Source: a virus
Length of the DNA: 64,000 nucleotides
Direction: 5' to 3' (one strand)
IMG/VR virus record: IMGVR_UViG_3300008114_003234
Coordinates: 1-64,000 of that record
Part shown: in pieces, positions 9,801 through 19,995 of the stretch
Numbering within the stretch: the first letter of the stretch is position 1
Layout: each line of letters opens with the position of its first letter
Program-made: the position numbers and the translations under genes
The notes under the pieces: model-generated
Told to the model about the DNA's origin: nothing
Seen by the model: the letters and a program-made list of their open reading frames with translations, nothing else
Databases searched by the model: none

Positions 9801-12486
9801 AAGCTCAAACAATTCAATAATTAGTGGAGGAAATTGCAACATTATTTCAACACAGTCTTGTAATTCTACAATTTCTGGTGGAACAAATAATATTATTCTT
9901 CAAAGTATTGCCTCAACAATTTTAGGAGGCGTTACTAATTCAATTAGCTTCACGACATCAAACTCATCAATTGTAGGTGGTTTCTGTAACTTAGTAAGAA
10001 ATTCATCTTGTAACTCGTCAATAACTGGTGGATATTGCAATATTATATCTACATCCTCTAACAGTTCAATTATTTCAGGAGGTGTATGTAATGATATTTA
10101 CTCAAGCAGTAGGTCATCGATTTCAGGTGGCAATTGTAACATGATTGATGGAATTAGTAACGAGTCTTCGATAATCTCTGGTTGTTTAAACTGTATACAA
10201 AATAACTCACTGAGAACAGTTTTAGCCGGAGGTTGTAAAAATCTATCTGTGTGTTCTTGTTCTTCAACGATCGTCACTGGAGCAAGTAACTCGGTTTGCT
10301 GCTCTAATTATAGCGGTATTTTTGCCGGTTACTTTAATAAAGTTCACAGAGGTACTTCAGGTACTCCTAAAAACAACGCGATACTTGGTGGTCAATGTAA
10401 CAATATCTGTGAAGGTTCTGATATGTCAACAATTATTGGTGGTTCTAAAAACCTAATTTGCGCATCAGACTATTCATCAATAATTGGTGGTAGAGGATTG
10501 ACAATATCAAATGAAAATGATGTTGTTTTTGTACCAACACTTAAAATAAATTCAGTTACACAATCGATAGATTCGAGTAAATATTTGGTTTGGGATTCTG
10601 ATAAATGTGTCAGATTTACTGAAAATACAGTTGGCGTTAGAATCGATTCTTGTGAGATCGCATGGGGCACCAATGTAGGTGTAACATCATCAAATTATTT
10701 CCTATTCGATTGTAGTTGTATCAACCTAGTTATGGGTGGTAACACAGTTAGTAACAGAATTAATTCAGCAACAAATAGTGTATTTCTTAGTTCTATAATC
10801 GGTGGTCTCGATAACTGTTTATTTGGACTGACCTCATCTTCTATAATTGGAGGAAGTTGTAACACAATCTGGAGATCCTGCTTCTCAGGTATCTTGGGTG
10901 GAGAGTGTTTGACTATAACACAAAGTAATTACTCGACAATAATATCGGGTTATAAGAACTTAGTTACAAACTCTTGCGATTCTGTGATAATACAAGGACG
11001 TTCTAACTGTATCAAAGATAGTCTTAAAAATTCAATTATTAATTCAGACGCATCAATAGTATGTGAATCACTTTTTAACGGAATTGTATCAACGACACAA
11101 TCTTGTATTTGTAATTCCGAATTCAGTAGCATACAAAATAGTTCACTTGCTAAGAGTTTTGACAACTGTCATAGCGCAATTGTAGCAACAAAATGCTCTT
11201 GTATAATCGGAAAAACAGGTACGAAAGATTACTCATTTGATATGATACTTGGTGGGTGCTGTAACACTATCGGCACTTCTTCTCTATCAAGTATAATAGG
11301 TGGATACAAAAATACAATAAATCGTGGTAATTGTAATTCATCAATTATATCATCTTGCAGTTCTTTTATTCAATTTAATTCTCACAAATCTACAATTATT
11401 GGCAGTGAACTTAGTTGCATTCTTGTAAATACTTACAACTCAGCAATATTGGGCGGATGTGACTTATTACTAAGAGAATCATCAAATTCGATAGTCGGTT
11501 TTTCAACACATAGCTGTACTTGTTGTTCTAACTCATCAATAAATATTGGTGGATATGATAACTGCATGTTGAATAATTCAACAACATCTGCATTGATCGG
11601 TTCTGAAAAAGGTTGTATTTCTAATTCAAAGGTGAGTGGTATCATAAACAGTTGCCGATCAATTGTTGTGGCGAGTGACAATTCAATGGTGATTAGTAGC
11701 TATAAATCTTGTGTATGTGATTTTAGTTTAAGAAGTTCTATCATTTCATCTTGTAATTCATCTATCTGTGGATCAACAAACTCTGTCATAATTGGCGGCA
11801 CTGATTCATCTATTTGCATCTCACAAAACAGTGCAATTATCGGAGGTAAAGGTCTAACTCTAAGTAATGAAAATCAAGTTGTTTATATACCTGAACTTAA
11901 AATTAATCAAGTGAGTGAGTGTCAAACTTTAACTAAATTCCTCACTTGGGATGATGTGAATAAATACGTTAGATGGAGTACCTCTTCAGGATCTGGACTA
12001 GGATCAGGAATAACAGGTTCAATTCCATATTATACAGGAACTTTCTGGACTTACTCAACCACTAATTTATATAACAACGGAATTTATGTCGGTGTTGGTC
12101 TAACTAATTCAAATACTAATACTTACGCAACTCCTAGTTCAAACTTACACGTATTTGGATCACTGTCATTAGATGTTAAAACAGCAAGCTCGGACTATAC
12201 ACTTACAGATAGAAACTTCACACTTATAGCCTATGCTCCTTCAAATAACTCAGGAATGACAGTCTCACTACCTCAAGCAAGTTTAGCAAAACATAGATTA
12301 TATGTTGTTAAAAAGGCCGACTCGTTTACTCAATCCTTTGTATTTATAGAACCATTCAGTGGTGATAATATAGAAGGATATGCTGGGTCAATTTCACTCG
12401 AGAACCCATGGGACTATCATATGTTACAATCAGATGGGCAAAATATGTGGATTAAACTAGGAGGAGCTGTTGGATTAAACTTATGA
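6871..12486 (+). CDS. 1871-aa Ser/Cys/Gly-rich beta-helix tail-fibre-like protein built of three tandem units
   Basis: Roughly 13-residue SSII(G/S)GxCNxI periodicity; IDxCEIAWGT start motif at about 6913, 8443 and 10642; GLxxxNENxVxYxPxLKIN end motif three times; C-terminal fibre-tip-like domain (LPQAS...YVVKKAD...LQSDGQNMW). Confidence 0.7.
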   Translation: MAHYPKIFDFTSTPIDACEIAWGTGGGITSSNYFVFDCSRINLVMGGTSSLNSATQGAYLSAIIGGVCNTIISSTSSSIISSGYSCIGNPYISNTVRSYSSIIASKNSMIGAYSNYSVIIGGTGSVTDGSTTTATILGSFQSGLVDSYCSAIINSQKALQVGTIQSTIIGGINNEIVGSYNSLILSGHGSTVSFSTSSNIISSGSASIITYSNISGILNSKGSIICCSQYSTIISGINSQICNSRASVILNSESMLPGRSYTNIYGTVSNNKIVGGYGNILAGGRYCFNEELNYLYNFSNKIYNSCLSVILTGCGQSLTSSNSSIILGSCNCGTCIYYSSFLSGRESCLSETLSSSMISSDQSAINCSPNSNIIGSILSRIEKGTGYFPITSTIIGACRSCISISAQTSLILGGYKNCMCEIGTPTERGTGLLILGGSNNTIKNANNQKLDHSAIISSSGSTICNSNTSLILGGTGLSICNENNVVYVPTLKINSVTQSVNSNKVLIWDCDSCVRFSTINAEGIIDLCEIAWGTGIGITSSDHFRFDCSNGMLLLGCNTSPFFTIGTGSAWGIVSGTCNLLRDTGNGAIIGGCKQRVCSANFSTIIGGRDNSIEFITSDSGIFSSYKGMIATLSSYSAIVAGRYNCLISAKASVILGGNCNRIINPSDRSSCYSSIIGGFCNTIGTSSCESSIIGGRCNFLGSQSTQTAIVGGLCNCIVWTSCYAGIFAGLANRICFGSMGSAIMGGLQNFIDYNSNWASITGGICNRICRGCASSIVGGYCNVLITNTGNRPFSAIVAGEKNQIGTQSVSTSIIAACNSIIQCGVTSSSILSGISNCIQRCVCTSAIVAGSLNIVSTQSSQSVIIGGAANTIQTGVTASSVVSGFFNRIQNGVTNSVIQGGSSNLIQCNISGSIVSGGLCNILQFGVTASSISAGTFNIISTQSSNSSIVGGIRNTIQCGITGSVIIGGSNSTIQLSSNNSIISGGNCNIISTQSCNSTISGGTNNIILQSIASTILGGVTNSISFTTSNSSIVGGFCNLVRNSSCNSSITGGYCNIISTSSNSSIISGGVCNDIYSSSRSSISGGNCNMIDGISNESSIISGCLNCIQNNSLRTVLAGGCKNLSVCSCSSTIVTGASNSVCCSNYSGIFAGYFNKVHRGTSGTPKNNAILGGQCNNICEGSDMSTIIGGSKNLICASDYSSIIGGRGLTISNENDVVFVPTLKINSVTQSIDSSKYLVWDSDKCVRFTENTVGVRIDSCEIAWGTNVGVTSSNYFLFDCSCINLVMGGNTVSNRINSATNSVFLSSIIGGLDNCLFGLTSSSIIGGSCNTIWRSCFSGILGGECLTITQSNYSTIISGYKNLVTNSCDSVIIQGRSNCIKDSLKNSIINSDASIVCESLFNGIVSTTQSCICNSEFSSIQNSSLAKSFDNCHSAIVATKCSCIIGKTGTKDYSFDMILGGCCNTIGTSSLSSIIGGYKNTINRGNCNSSIISSCSSFIQFNSHKSTIIGSELSCILVNTYNSAILGGCDLLLRESSNSIVGFSTHSCTCCSNSSINIGGYDNCMLNNSTTSALIGSEKGCISNSKVSGIINSCRSIVVASDNSMVISSYKSCVCDFSLRSSIISSCNSSICGSTNSVIIGGTDSSICISQNSAIIGGKGLTLSNENQVVYIPELKINQVSECQTLTKFLTWDDVNKYVRWSTSSGSGLGSGITGSIPYYTGTFWTYSTTNLYNNGIYVGVGLTNSNTNTYATPSSNLHVFGSLSLDVKTASSDYTLTDRNFTLIAYAPSNNSGMTVSLPQASLAKHRLYVVKKADSFTQSFVFIEPFSGDNIEGYAGSISLENPWDYHMLQSDGQNMWIKLGGAVGLNL

Positions 12487-14672
12487 TGATATGGGATATT
12501 TTAAATACCTTAATTGATTTACTACCTAATTTAATAATTGGAGCTGGTCCATTCTTTGCTTTCAAGGGAATGGGAACAGGTAGTCAATCCGGGAAGTTAC
12601 TATTCAAAAGTATCGTGGGTGAAAATATTTCAGCAACTGATAAAAACACTTGTTTATTACTGATAGATGAAATGGTAGCTGATTCTCTTATGGGAAAAGG
12701 TGTTGTTGCTGTTGGTTCAGGATCAGGTATAACTACAAGTAGGTACTTTGTGGCTCAATGTATGTTAGAAAGTGATGATTACTTTAAAAGAGGAATAAGT
12801 TTACCTATTGTAAATAGAACAACACTCGATCAAGATTCTAACCCATACTCAACTTGGGACTCAAATGGGGGTTTGTACCAAGGTGGTCTTATAATTTCGA
12901 GTTACAAACCAAGTAATACAATATATGCTGTGAAGGAATCAAAGGCTAATTCTATTATTAACTCATCTTGCTCTTGTATTAATTCTAAGTCATCCTCCTG
13001 TGCGGTATGTTATTCTTCGATTATAAATTCTAATAAATCTGTGATTAGTCAAGAAAGTTCAAACACTACAATTATAGGAGGAGACTCTAACATAATTTGT
13101 AGAAGTTATCAATCAACCGTTTTAGGAGGAGAAAAAAACTATATCTATGATTATGTGTCAAAAAAATGTGAACAGTCAAGAATTAATTTTATTGGAGGTG
13201 GAGTTTCAAACAGAATTCTTAATACATCAGAATTACCACCGTATACCGAGAACGAATTTCTTAATATATCAGTCGGTAACTCTATATTAATCGGTTGCAG
13301 AAACAAAACTACAAGTGGATTCTATAGTTCAATTTTATCAGGAACTTGTAACTTAATAAGTCTATCAGCTTCTAATATTGACTCAAATTCAATCAAAGGC
13401 AATCTAATAGGAAGTGGTTATAAAAACTGCATTATGAGTTGTTCAGCAAAACAAAATAAACTTTATTGTGGTAGTTTTCAAACTATAATAAACGGGAAGG
13501 CAAATATAGTTTCAAATTTAAGTTATAGTAGTGTATTAAATGGATATGGAAATTGTATAGAAGGTATTTTTGGCCCCGGTAAAAATCCGATCGCGAATGA
13601 AATATGCTCTTCAGTAATAGCAAATGGATGTTGTAATGTAATTAGTGGTTTTGCAAATTCCGCAATTTTGAATGGATATTGTAATTATATCGGAGGAGTT
13701 ACAAAGGCCGGAGTGGATCTACAAAATTCTGTGGTAATTAATGGTTGTAAAAATTGTGTAAAAGCTTCTTATGCGACAATAGTAAATGGATACAACAATG
13801 TTAACCTTAGTTCGTTTTCGACGATAATAAGTGGGATTAGTAACTGCATTACTAGTTCACAACTATCAACTATTGTATCCGTCACCGGATCCTGTATTCA
13901 ATTTTCAGAAGAATCTACAATAATTTCAAATCAGTCATGTACACTGCGTTCAAACCAAAGTACTATAATCGGTGAGTATTGTAACGTCATATGTGGCAAA
14001 TCTCCATTTGCTGGTTTAATTGGTGATAACAATAACAAATCAAATGTAATTCTAGCAAATTGTTGTAACATTATCAAATCTACTACAACCATAAATGGAG
14101 TCAATGGTTTACAAATTTCGTTTATAGTAGGAGGATCTTGTAACTTAATTGACTCAAATTCTAATGCTAAAGCAGTTGGTATTATAGGAGGTTGTAAAAA
14201 TAGAACTCTAAGATCAGAGGGATCAATAATTATAGGTGGTTGTTACAATTTTATTGGTTTAACTTCAAGTTTTTACAGTGGTAACTCAGTACAGATTTCA
14301 TCTATAATTGGAGGAACTTGTAACAGAATTAATTTCAGTATATGTGACACTTCGATCAGTGACCCAATGGCTTTTAGAACATCAATCATTGGTGGTTACA
14401 AAAACTCATTCACTGATCATACTAGTATTTGTAATAGTGTAATTGTTGGAGGGTCAAGTATGAGTGGATATACCACAAACAACGAGGGTAATCCAAATAT
14501 TATAAATAATTTTACTCAAACAGATATTATTAGTGTAAGAGGAAATGTATATGTGAGTGATAATAGTGGAAATAGATGCCGTGGTTTAAGTTATTTAAAT
14601 TTATCACCTGGTACAACAATAAATAGTATATGTATAATAAAAGGTATAGTTATAACTATGTCCTATACTTAG
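12483..14672 (+). CDS. Beta-helix fibre-like protein, paralog 1 of 3
   Basis: SSIIxG/CN repeats; hydrophobic N-terminus then GMGTGSQSGKLLFKSI; ends IIKGIVITMSYT; ATGA overlap with the upstream gene. Confidence 0.65.
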   Translation: MMIWDILNTLIDLLPNLIIGAGPFFAFKGMGTGSQSGKLLFKSIVGENISATDKNTCLLLIDEMVADSLMGKGVVAVGSGSGITTSRYFVAQCMLESDDYFKRGISLPIVNRTTLDQDSNPYSTWDSNGGLYQGGLIISSYKPSNTIYAVKESKANSIINSSCSCINSKSSSCAVCYSSIINSNKSVISQESSNTTIIGGDSNIICRSYQSTVLGGEKNYIYDYVSKKCEQSRINFIGGGVSNRILNTSELPPYTENEFLNISVGNSILIGCRNKTTSGFYSSILSGTCNLISLSASNIDSNSIKGNLIGSGYKNCIMSCSAKQNKLYCGSFQTIINGKANIVSNLSYSSVLNGYGNCIEGIFGPGKNPIANEICSSVIANGCCNVISGFANSAILNGYCNYIGGVTKAGVDLQNSVVINGCKNCVKASYATIVNGYNNVNLSSFSTIISGISNCITSSQLSTIVSVTGSCIQFSEESTIISNQSCTLRSNQSTIIGEYCNVICGKSPFAGLIGDNNNKSNVILANCCNIIKSTTTINGVNGLQISFIVGGSCNLIDSNSNAKAVGIIGGCKNRTLRSEGSIIIGGCYNFIGLTSSFYSGNSVQISSIIGGTCNRINFSICDTSISDPMAFRTSIIGGYKNSFTDHTSICNSVIVGGSSMSGYTTNNEGNPNIINNFTQTDIISVRGNVYVSDNSGNRCRGLSYLNLSPGTTINSICIIKGIVITMSYT

Positions 14673-14687
14673 AAATAGAAAAAAGAG

Positions 14688-16715
14688 ATGATAGATATAA
14701 TTCTAAATATTCCATTTTTACCAGAGATTATACTCTTAGGTACATTTTTTAGAAAAGTGCCTATTACCGGTCAGAACTCTGGTAAACTGAATTTTTCAAG
14801 TATACTAAGCAATGTTCACCTAGATGAAGATTCAACTGGTATCACTCTTTCAACTTGGCAAACACAAGCGGTTGATAATCGTGAAATTGCATTTGGAACT
14901 GGATTGACTCAAGGCCTAACATCATCATCTCACTTCAAATGGGAAGCCGATAACTACGGTGCGAGATTAATAGGAATTGGTCAAATAAATCCATTTGGTT
15001 TAGAGTGGACCTCAAATTGTAATTTAAATTACGCTCTTTATAATCATTCAATTATTATTAATGGATGTTGTAATAAAATTGGAAACCTATCAGCTGGTGG
15101 TACATTTTCTAGAAACGAAGTCATTATTGGTGGTGTTTCACAATGTACAATTTCTACTTCTGTTCGTTCAGGAAACAACGTGTTAATAAATGGCACAAAT
15201 AGCTCAATAGATGGTGGAACATCTAGTATAATCATCGGAGCTGGTGGTAATAAAGGAAACCAATCAAACTACAATTCTATTATTAATTCAAAAATGGGAC
15301 TAGTTTATTCTGCATATAACTCAGTAATCACATCAGGTCCGAACAGATGTTTTAAAACAACATCCGACTTCGATAGTAATAATAGTCTAATCTGTACTTC
15401 AGTATCATCAGTTATATCGTCTTTTAGTTTTTCAGTAAATACAAATGAGTGCTCAAAAATAAAAAATCAAACAATTATTTCATCAACTGAAACTAAAATT
15501 ATTAGTGATGCCAACAGAACGCCTAAACCTGAAATGTGTTTCAACACTGTTTTATCAAGTAATAAGTCTCTAATATTCGGTGATTGTAATTTAAATAATT
15601 ACTCTGGAACTAAAGCTAATAGTTGTTTTAATTCACTCATATCAACTTGGTGCTCTGAGATTTTAGCATCTAAATATTCAACTATAATAGGAGGAGTCAA
15701 GAATCGTTTAGTAAATTGTTTTGTTGGTTCTATAACTAACAATAGACAAATGTACTCGTCTAGTATACTTGGAGGTTACAAAAATTGTATAGTAAATTAC
15801 GATCTTAACGAAACTACCGTAAGCAGATCACACAGCATAATAGGAGGCAAAGGAAACTATATTGAAGCATATAATACACTCGGAAATACAATAATTGGTG
15901 GCATTAATAATTTTATCAGTTCACCCGGTAATAACAATTCACTAATAATCTCGTCATATAAAAGTAGTATTTCGAATAAAAATTCAGCAATAATTTCATC
16001 AAGCAAAAGTTATCTACAGATAAGTCAATACTCATCTGTTATATCATCATACAAAAGTTCACCAAGAGGTCCGAACTCAATTGATATATCAAATTGTTGT
16101 TATCCAGAAGGAGAATTATACGCGAAATGTGGAATCAGAATTTCAACTTATAAATCTAATTTTTCAGCTCTGCCTGGACTAATTTATACATATTTCCCAA
16201 ATCATACAAACACCATAATTGCATCCTGTAACTCAAGTATTCAAACTAATCCACCTTCACATGGAGAATCTTGTTACAATGGTATCTTAGGTACACTCAC
16301 GTCAACAATCTTCGCATCTTGTAATTCCGCTATTTTGAGTTCAATTAATTCCAAAATACTTACTAATTCACCAAGATCTCTTATAATAGGATCTAGTATT
16401 CTTATGTCAGATTCAGAAGACAGTGCAATAATTTCATCTACTTGTATTTGCATGTATTGTTCAAGAAGATCTGCAGTTATTGGAAGTTGTAACAGTGTTC
16501 TTGGTACTAGCAGTTTAGTAACTTGTAATTCAGTTATTTTAGGGTCTGAAAATTCTACTTTGACTTTCTCGAACACAACTATGGTGCACCATTTCAATTT
16601 CTCTGGTTCTAAAATATTCGAAAATCTTAATACATCAGTTTGTACTGGTATATTTGGAACTTTCGCAAATAGCACAGATTCTATAAAAATTATAAAAGGC
16701 TTTGTTGTGAGCTAA
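14688..16715 (+). CDS. Beta-helix fibre-like protein, paralog 2 of 3
   Basis: Same repeats; N-terminal TGQNSGKLNFSSI; carries an EIAFGTG variant of the CEIAWGTG module; ends IIKGFVVS. Confidence 0.65.
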   Translation: MIDIILNIPFLPEIILLGTFFRKVPITGQNSGKLNFSSILSNVHLDEDSTGITLSTWQTQAVDNREIAFGTGLTQGLTSSSHFKWEADNYGARLIGIGQINPFGLEWTSNCNLNYALYNHSIIINGCCNKIGNLSAGGTFSRNEVIIGGVSQCTISTSVRSGNNVLINGTNSSIDGGTSSIIIGAGGNKGNQSNYNSIINSKMGLVYSAYNSVITSGPNRCFKTTSDFDSNNSLICTSVSSVISSFSFSVNTNECSKIKNQTIISSTETKIISDANRTPKPEMCFNTVLSSNKSLIFGDCNLNNYSGTKANSCFNSLISTWCSEILASKYSTIIGGVKNRLVNCFVGSITNNRQMYSSSILGGYKNCIVNYDLNETTVSRSHSIIGGKGNYIEAYNTLGNTIIGGINNFISSPGNNNSLIISSYKSSISNKNSAIISSSKSYLQISQYSSVISSYKSSPRGPNSIDISNCCYPEGELYAKCGIRISTYKSNFSALPGLIYTYFPNHTNTIIASCNSSIQTNPPSHGESCYNGILGTLTSTIFASCNSAILSSINSKILTNSPRSLIIGSSILMSDSEDSAIISSTCICMYCSRRSAVIGSCNSVLGTSSLVTCNSVILGSENSTLTFSNTTMVHHFNFSGSKIFENLNTSVCTGIFGTFANSTDSIKIIKGFVVS

Positions 16716-16731
16716 ACAAATATATAAAAAC

Positions 16732-18783
16732 ATGGAACTACTTGAAATCTTCACACATATTATTTTTGGAATGTCTATTTTTTCAAAGATGGGAACAGGT
16801 AGTCAATCTGGTAAATTATTTTTTAAATCTATTTTTTCAGGTTCTTGTGTTACCTTAACAGATGGACCAAACATCATAACAGTTTCGAATGTCTTCTATC
16901 GAAGTCCAATCACGCAAAGTAGAGTTGTAATTGGTGCTGGTGATTATGTAACAGGTAGCTATTTCTCAGATCCTACAATTGGGCTTTGTTTTAATTCACA
17001 AGGTTCAAAATATACGTCTAGACTCTGGGCAAATTATGTGAATGGACCAGGTGTAATTCTTAATTATAACACCACAAAGACACCTCTTGTAGATCCAGAA
17101 CCATTGACAGGACTTAAAAGATTCGGCGAGTCTCACAATATAGAAGATCAAAAATCTTTGATTATTTCCGGATCAAGACACGCAATGAATGGTGGTACAA
17201 CTAGTGACTTCAATATGATTATAGGTGGTAAATCCTCTAGACTCACTGGAGCAACATTTTCAGTTATAATCGGTGGATATGGAAACTATATTTCTGAAAG
17301 AAAATCACCTGGTACTGAAGATAGACTACAACATAACGTATCTATAGTAGGAGGTGCTAAAAATAAGATATCAACTGCCTGTTGTTCAATAATATTAGGC
17401 GGTTACAAGAATTGTGTTGTTGGACAAACTGCTGGTTTCACAATTAATTCTACTATAATTTCTGGAAGAGAAAATTGTATCTCTTGTAGTGGGGCGACAT
17501 ACAGTATCGAAAACGTAAGTATAGTTTCTGGTCAAAATAACTTTATCGGACAACAAACAAAAAATTCTATTATAATTAGCTCAGAAAAATCTTGTATAAA
17601 TCCGACTTCTGACACAGATTTGAAAGGGATATGTCAACACTTAATTGTGGGTTCCTGGAACTCTTGTATAAATACCGTTGATGATAAGTCGGTTTATAAC
17701 ACTATAATATCGACTTCACAAAGTAAAATTTCTGGCAATGTTTACTATTCGAATATTATCGGCGGATATGGAAACTGTATATGTACAAAGACAAATCCAA
17801 CAAACGGGTCAAAATTCAACTCGATTATTTCAGGAGTGTTCACTTGCATAGTTGAAGACTCAAATGGAGCATCATCAAGTTTTAATACAATCGTATCGTC
17901 ATATAAAACATCACTAGTTGATAATGGGGTTTGTAATAAGTTTAACATGATTTCCGTGATTGGTGGAAGTTATTTAGGCATCACTGGTTCAAATACAAAT
18001 ACTGTGAGAAATTCAAGTATGATCGGTGGTGAAAATAATAAAATATTATCCACCTCTAATAGTAATGAAGTACTATCTTCAGTTGTAATTGGGGGAAAGT
18101 CAAATACTTCAGCTGGAACCATATTAGGTGGTACTAGCAATTTCGCAGGTAAAAATTCAGTTGTAATAGGAGGTAATTCAAACGAGTCATATTCTAAAAT
18201 TATCGGTGGAAAATCAAATAAAACAACTTCAAGTACAATTACAATTATAGTTGGTGGTTATAAAAATAGTAGTTCTGACTCAGATTGTTCTTTTCTTGGA
18301 TTTGGATCTTACAACAAATCTACTAACGGTACAAATGGTGCTATAATTGGAGGATTCAAAAATTACATTGACTGCTCAATAGACTCAGTGATGATTGCAG
18401 GTCTTCAAAATCAAATATTTGCAAAAGATACTACAAAATCAACTTTTATAATTGGCGGACAGTCGAATAAATTTGATGCTTCTGGTGATACTAAAAATTA
18501 CGGGACTTATAACTCCGGTATTATAGCAGGTGGTAAGAATTTCATACGTAAAACTAGTGAATCTCAAATTAATAATACAGTCATTGTTGGTGGATTCGGA
18601 ATCTGCACAAATGAATCTAATTCAATGGTAGTTGAAAATCTATGGATGACGGGAACAGTTTCAACTGGCTCAAAAGATCACTTCACACAAAGCTTTACTT
18701 ATAGCTTAGACGGAATCTCAGGTAATTTTAGTAATCCGAACAATATCTATTTTCTAAACGGATTAGTTGTTGGCATAGACTAG
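16732..18783 (+). CDS. Beta-helix fibre-like protein, paralog 3 of 3
   Basis: Same repeats; N-terminal KMGTGSQSGKLFFKSI; ends FLNGLVVGID; AATATATA at 16719-16726. Confidence 0.65.
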   Translation: MELLEIFTHIIFGMSIFSKMGTGSQSGKLFFKSIFSGSCVTLTDGPNIITVSNVFYRSPITQSRVVIGAGDYVTGSYFSDPTIGLCFNSQGSKYTSRLWANYVNGPGVILNYNTTKTPLVDPEPLTGLKRFGESHNIEDQKSLIISGSRHAMNGGTTSDFNMIIGGKSSRLTGATFSVIIGGYGNYISERKSPGTEDRLQHNVSIVGGAKNKISTACCSIILGGYKNCVVGQTAGFTINSTIISGRENCISCSGATYSIENVSIVSGQNNFIGQQTKNSIIISSEKSCINPTSDTDLKGICQHLIVGSWNSCINTVDDKSVYNTIISTSQSKISGNVYYSNIIGGYGNCICTKTNPTNGSKFNSIISGVFTCIVEDSNGASSSFNTIVSSYKTSLVDNGVCNKFNMISVIGGSYLGITGSNTNTVRNSSMIGGENNKILSTSNSNEVLSSVVIGGKSNTSAGTILGGTSNFAGKNSVVIGGNSNESYSKIIGGKSNKTTSSTITIIVGGYKNSSSDSDCSFLGFGSYNKSTNGTNGAIIGGFKNYIDCSIDSVMIAGLQNQIFAKDTTKSTFIIGGQSNKFDASGDTKNYGTYNSGIIAGGKNFIRKTSESQINNTVIVGGFGICTNESNSMVVENLWMTGTVSTGSKDHFTQSFTYSLDGISGNFSNPNNIYFLNGLVVGID

Positions 18784-19916
18784 TCAATAAGATCTGACCA
18801 ATATTTTTTTACAAAACTAAAAGTTATTTCCTTTAACTTAAAGATTCTATTTAAAATGAGAAAAATAGACTTTTCTGTCTCATTTTGAGAATAATTTAAA
18901 CTATTTAAAAGTACTAAATCCTCTTGTGAAATATAATTAGATAATCTAAACTTTAGTTTTTTAAGCGCCTTAAATTCATTTCCCAACGTTATAATTTGAT
19001 TTCCAAATTCAGATTGATCTTTAATAGCATCAATATCTGACATTTCAAGTAAATTCAATCTTAAATATCTCATTAAATTCACATTTATACCATCTGAAGT
19101 TAGGTATATTTTTCCGATATTATCAAACTCTCTACTTATTAATTTTGATATAACTTGAGGTTGCTCTTCAAAAGCAAAATTCATCGGAATTGTTATAAGA
19201 TCTGAACCATCAACAAATCCGAAGTTAATAAAGAGCATAATGTCATCATTCAAAAGATAATTATCATAAATAGATTGTCCACTAGAGATAGTGTCGACCG
19301 ATTTCATATTAGCAAAGTTCTCATTCTTATTTAGGGAAATGTGACTTGTATTTGAATGTTGAAGTAAGTCAGCAATTGGTATAAGTCCAATACCTGTCCA
19401 CATTCTTGAAATAGTTAATAGATAGCAGTATAAAAACTCATCATCACTCAAATCAATTAAAAAGTTATTTCTATTTGTGTAAGTTCTGAACTTTTCTAAA
19501 AAAGACTTATACTCATCGTGAGAACGATCTATATAAAAATTGATCAAACTAGATACTCTTGAAAAATTACTTCTTGTAGAAAGAAATATTGGATGATTAG
19601 AAAAACTCTCAAAACCAGGTAGTAATTCTAAGTAAGGTTTCCAGAAAGAAGATGGATTTCTCATTTCATAGATAAGTGCAATTGTTGTCTTTTGACGATG
19701 ATCAAACTCATCAGCAGAATAGGGAATTTTTGAATTCTCATAGTTTAAAAGACAGGCATTACTTATATTAAATAGATCTTCATTTGAAATTGTTTCTTTA
19801 GCAAACATACCATTGCCGTTAGTTCCCTCACTTCTTATACCCATTTTAGGATTAACATAACTTCCATTTTGAATAAGCCAGTTAGTAAGATTTTGATATT
19901 TATTTTGAAGATCCAT
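18780..19916 (-). CDS. SET-domain protein-lysine methyltransferase (Rubisco-LSMT/SETD6-like architecture)
   Basis: W.I.NG..V...MGIRS...GNGMFAKETI, PSSFWKPYLELLP, LIPIADLLQHS and QSIYDNY match the LSMT-type SET motif order, followed by a helical C-terminal domain. Confidence 0.75.
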   Translation of the reverse strand: MDLQNKYQNLTNWLIQNGSYVNPKMGIRSEGTNGNGMFAKETISNEDLFNISNACLLNYENSKIPYSADEFDHRQKTTIALIYEMRNPSSFWKPYLELLPGFESFSNHPIFLSTRSNFSRVSSLINFYIDRSHDEYKSFLEKFRTYTNRNNFLIDLSDDEFLYCYLLTISRMWTGIGLIPIADLLQHSNTSHISLNKNENFANMKSVDTISSGQSIYDNYLLNDDIMLFINFGFVDGSDLITIPMNFAFEEQPQVISKLISREFDNIGKIYLTSDGINVNLMRYLRLNLLEMSDIDAIKDQSEFGNQIITLGNEFKALKKLKFRLSNYISQEDLVLLNSLNYSQNETEKSIFLILNRIFKLKEITFSFVKKYWSDLID

Positions 19917-19995
19917 TCTTAAAATTCTTTTATTTTTATATTATTTTAGAAAAATATAGTTGTAAACAAAGACCTATTAATTAAATAGAATTTAT

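Noticed and set aside
92-18000. Antisense and alternate-frame ORFs inside the fibre genes (e.g. 92-352, 880-1122, 4704-5078, 8223-8717, 16274-16675)
   Set aside because: Shadows of repetitive, codon-biased long genes; no motifs or promoters.
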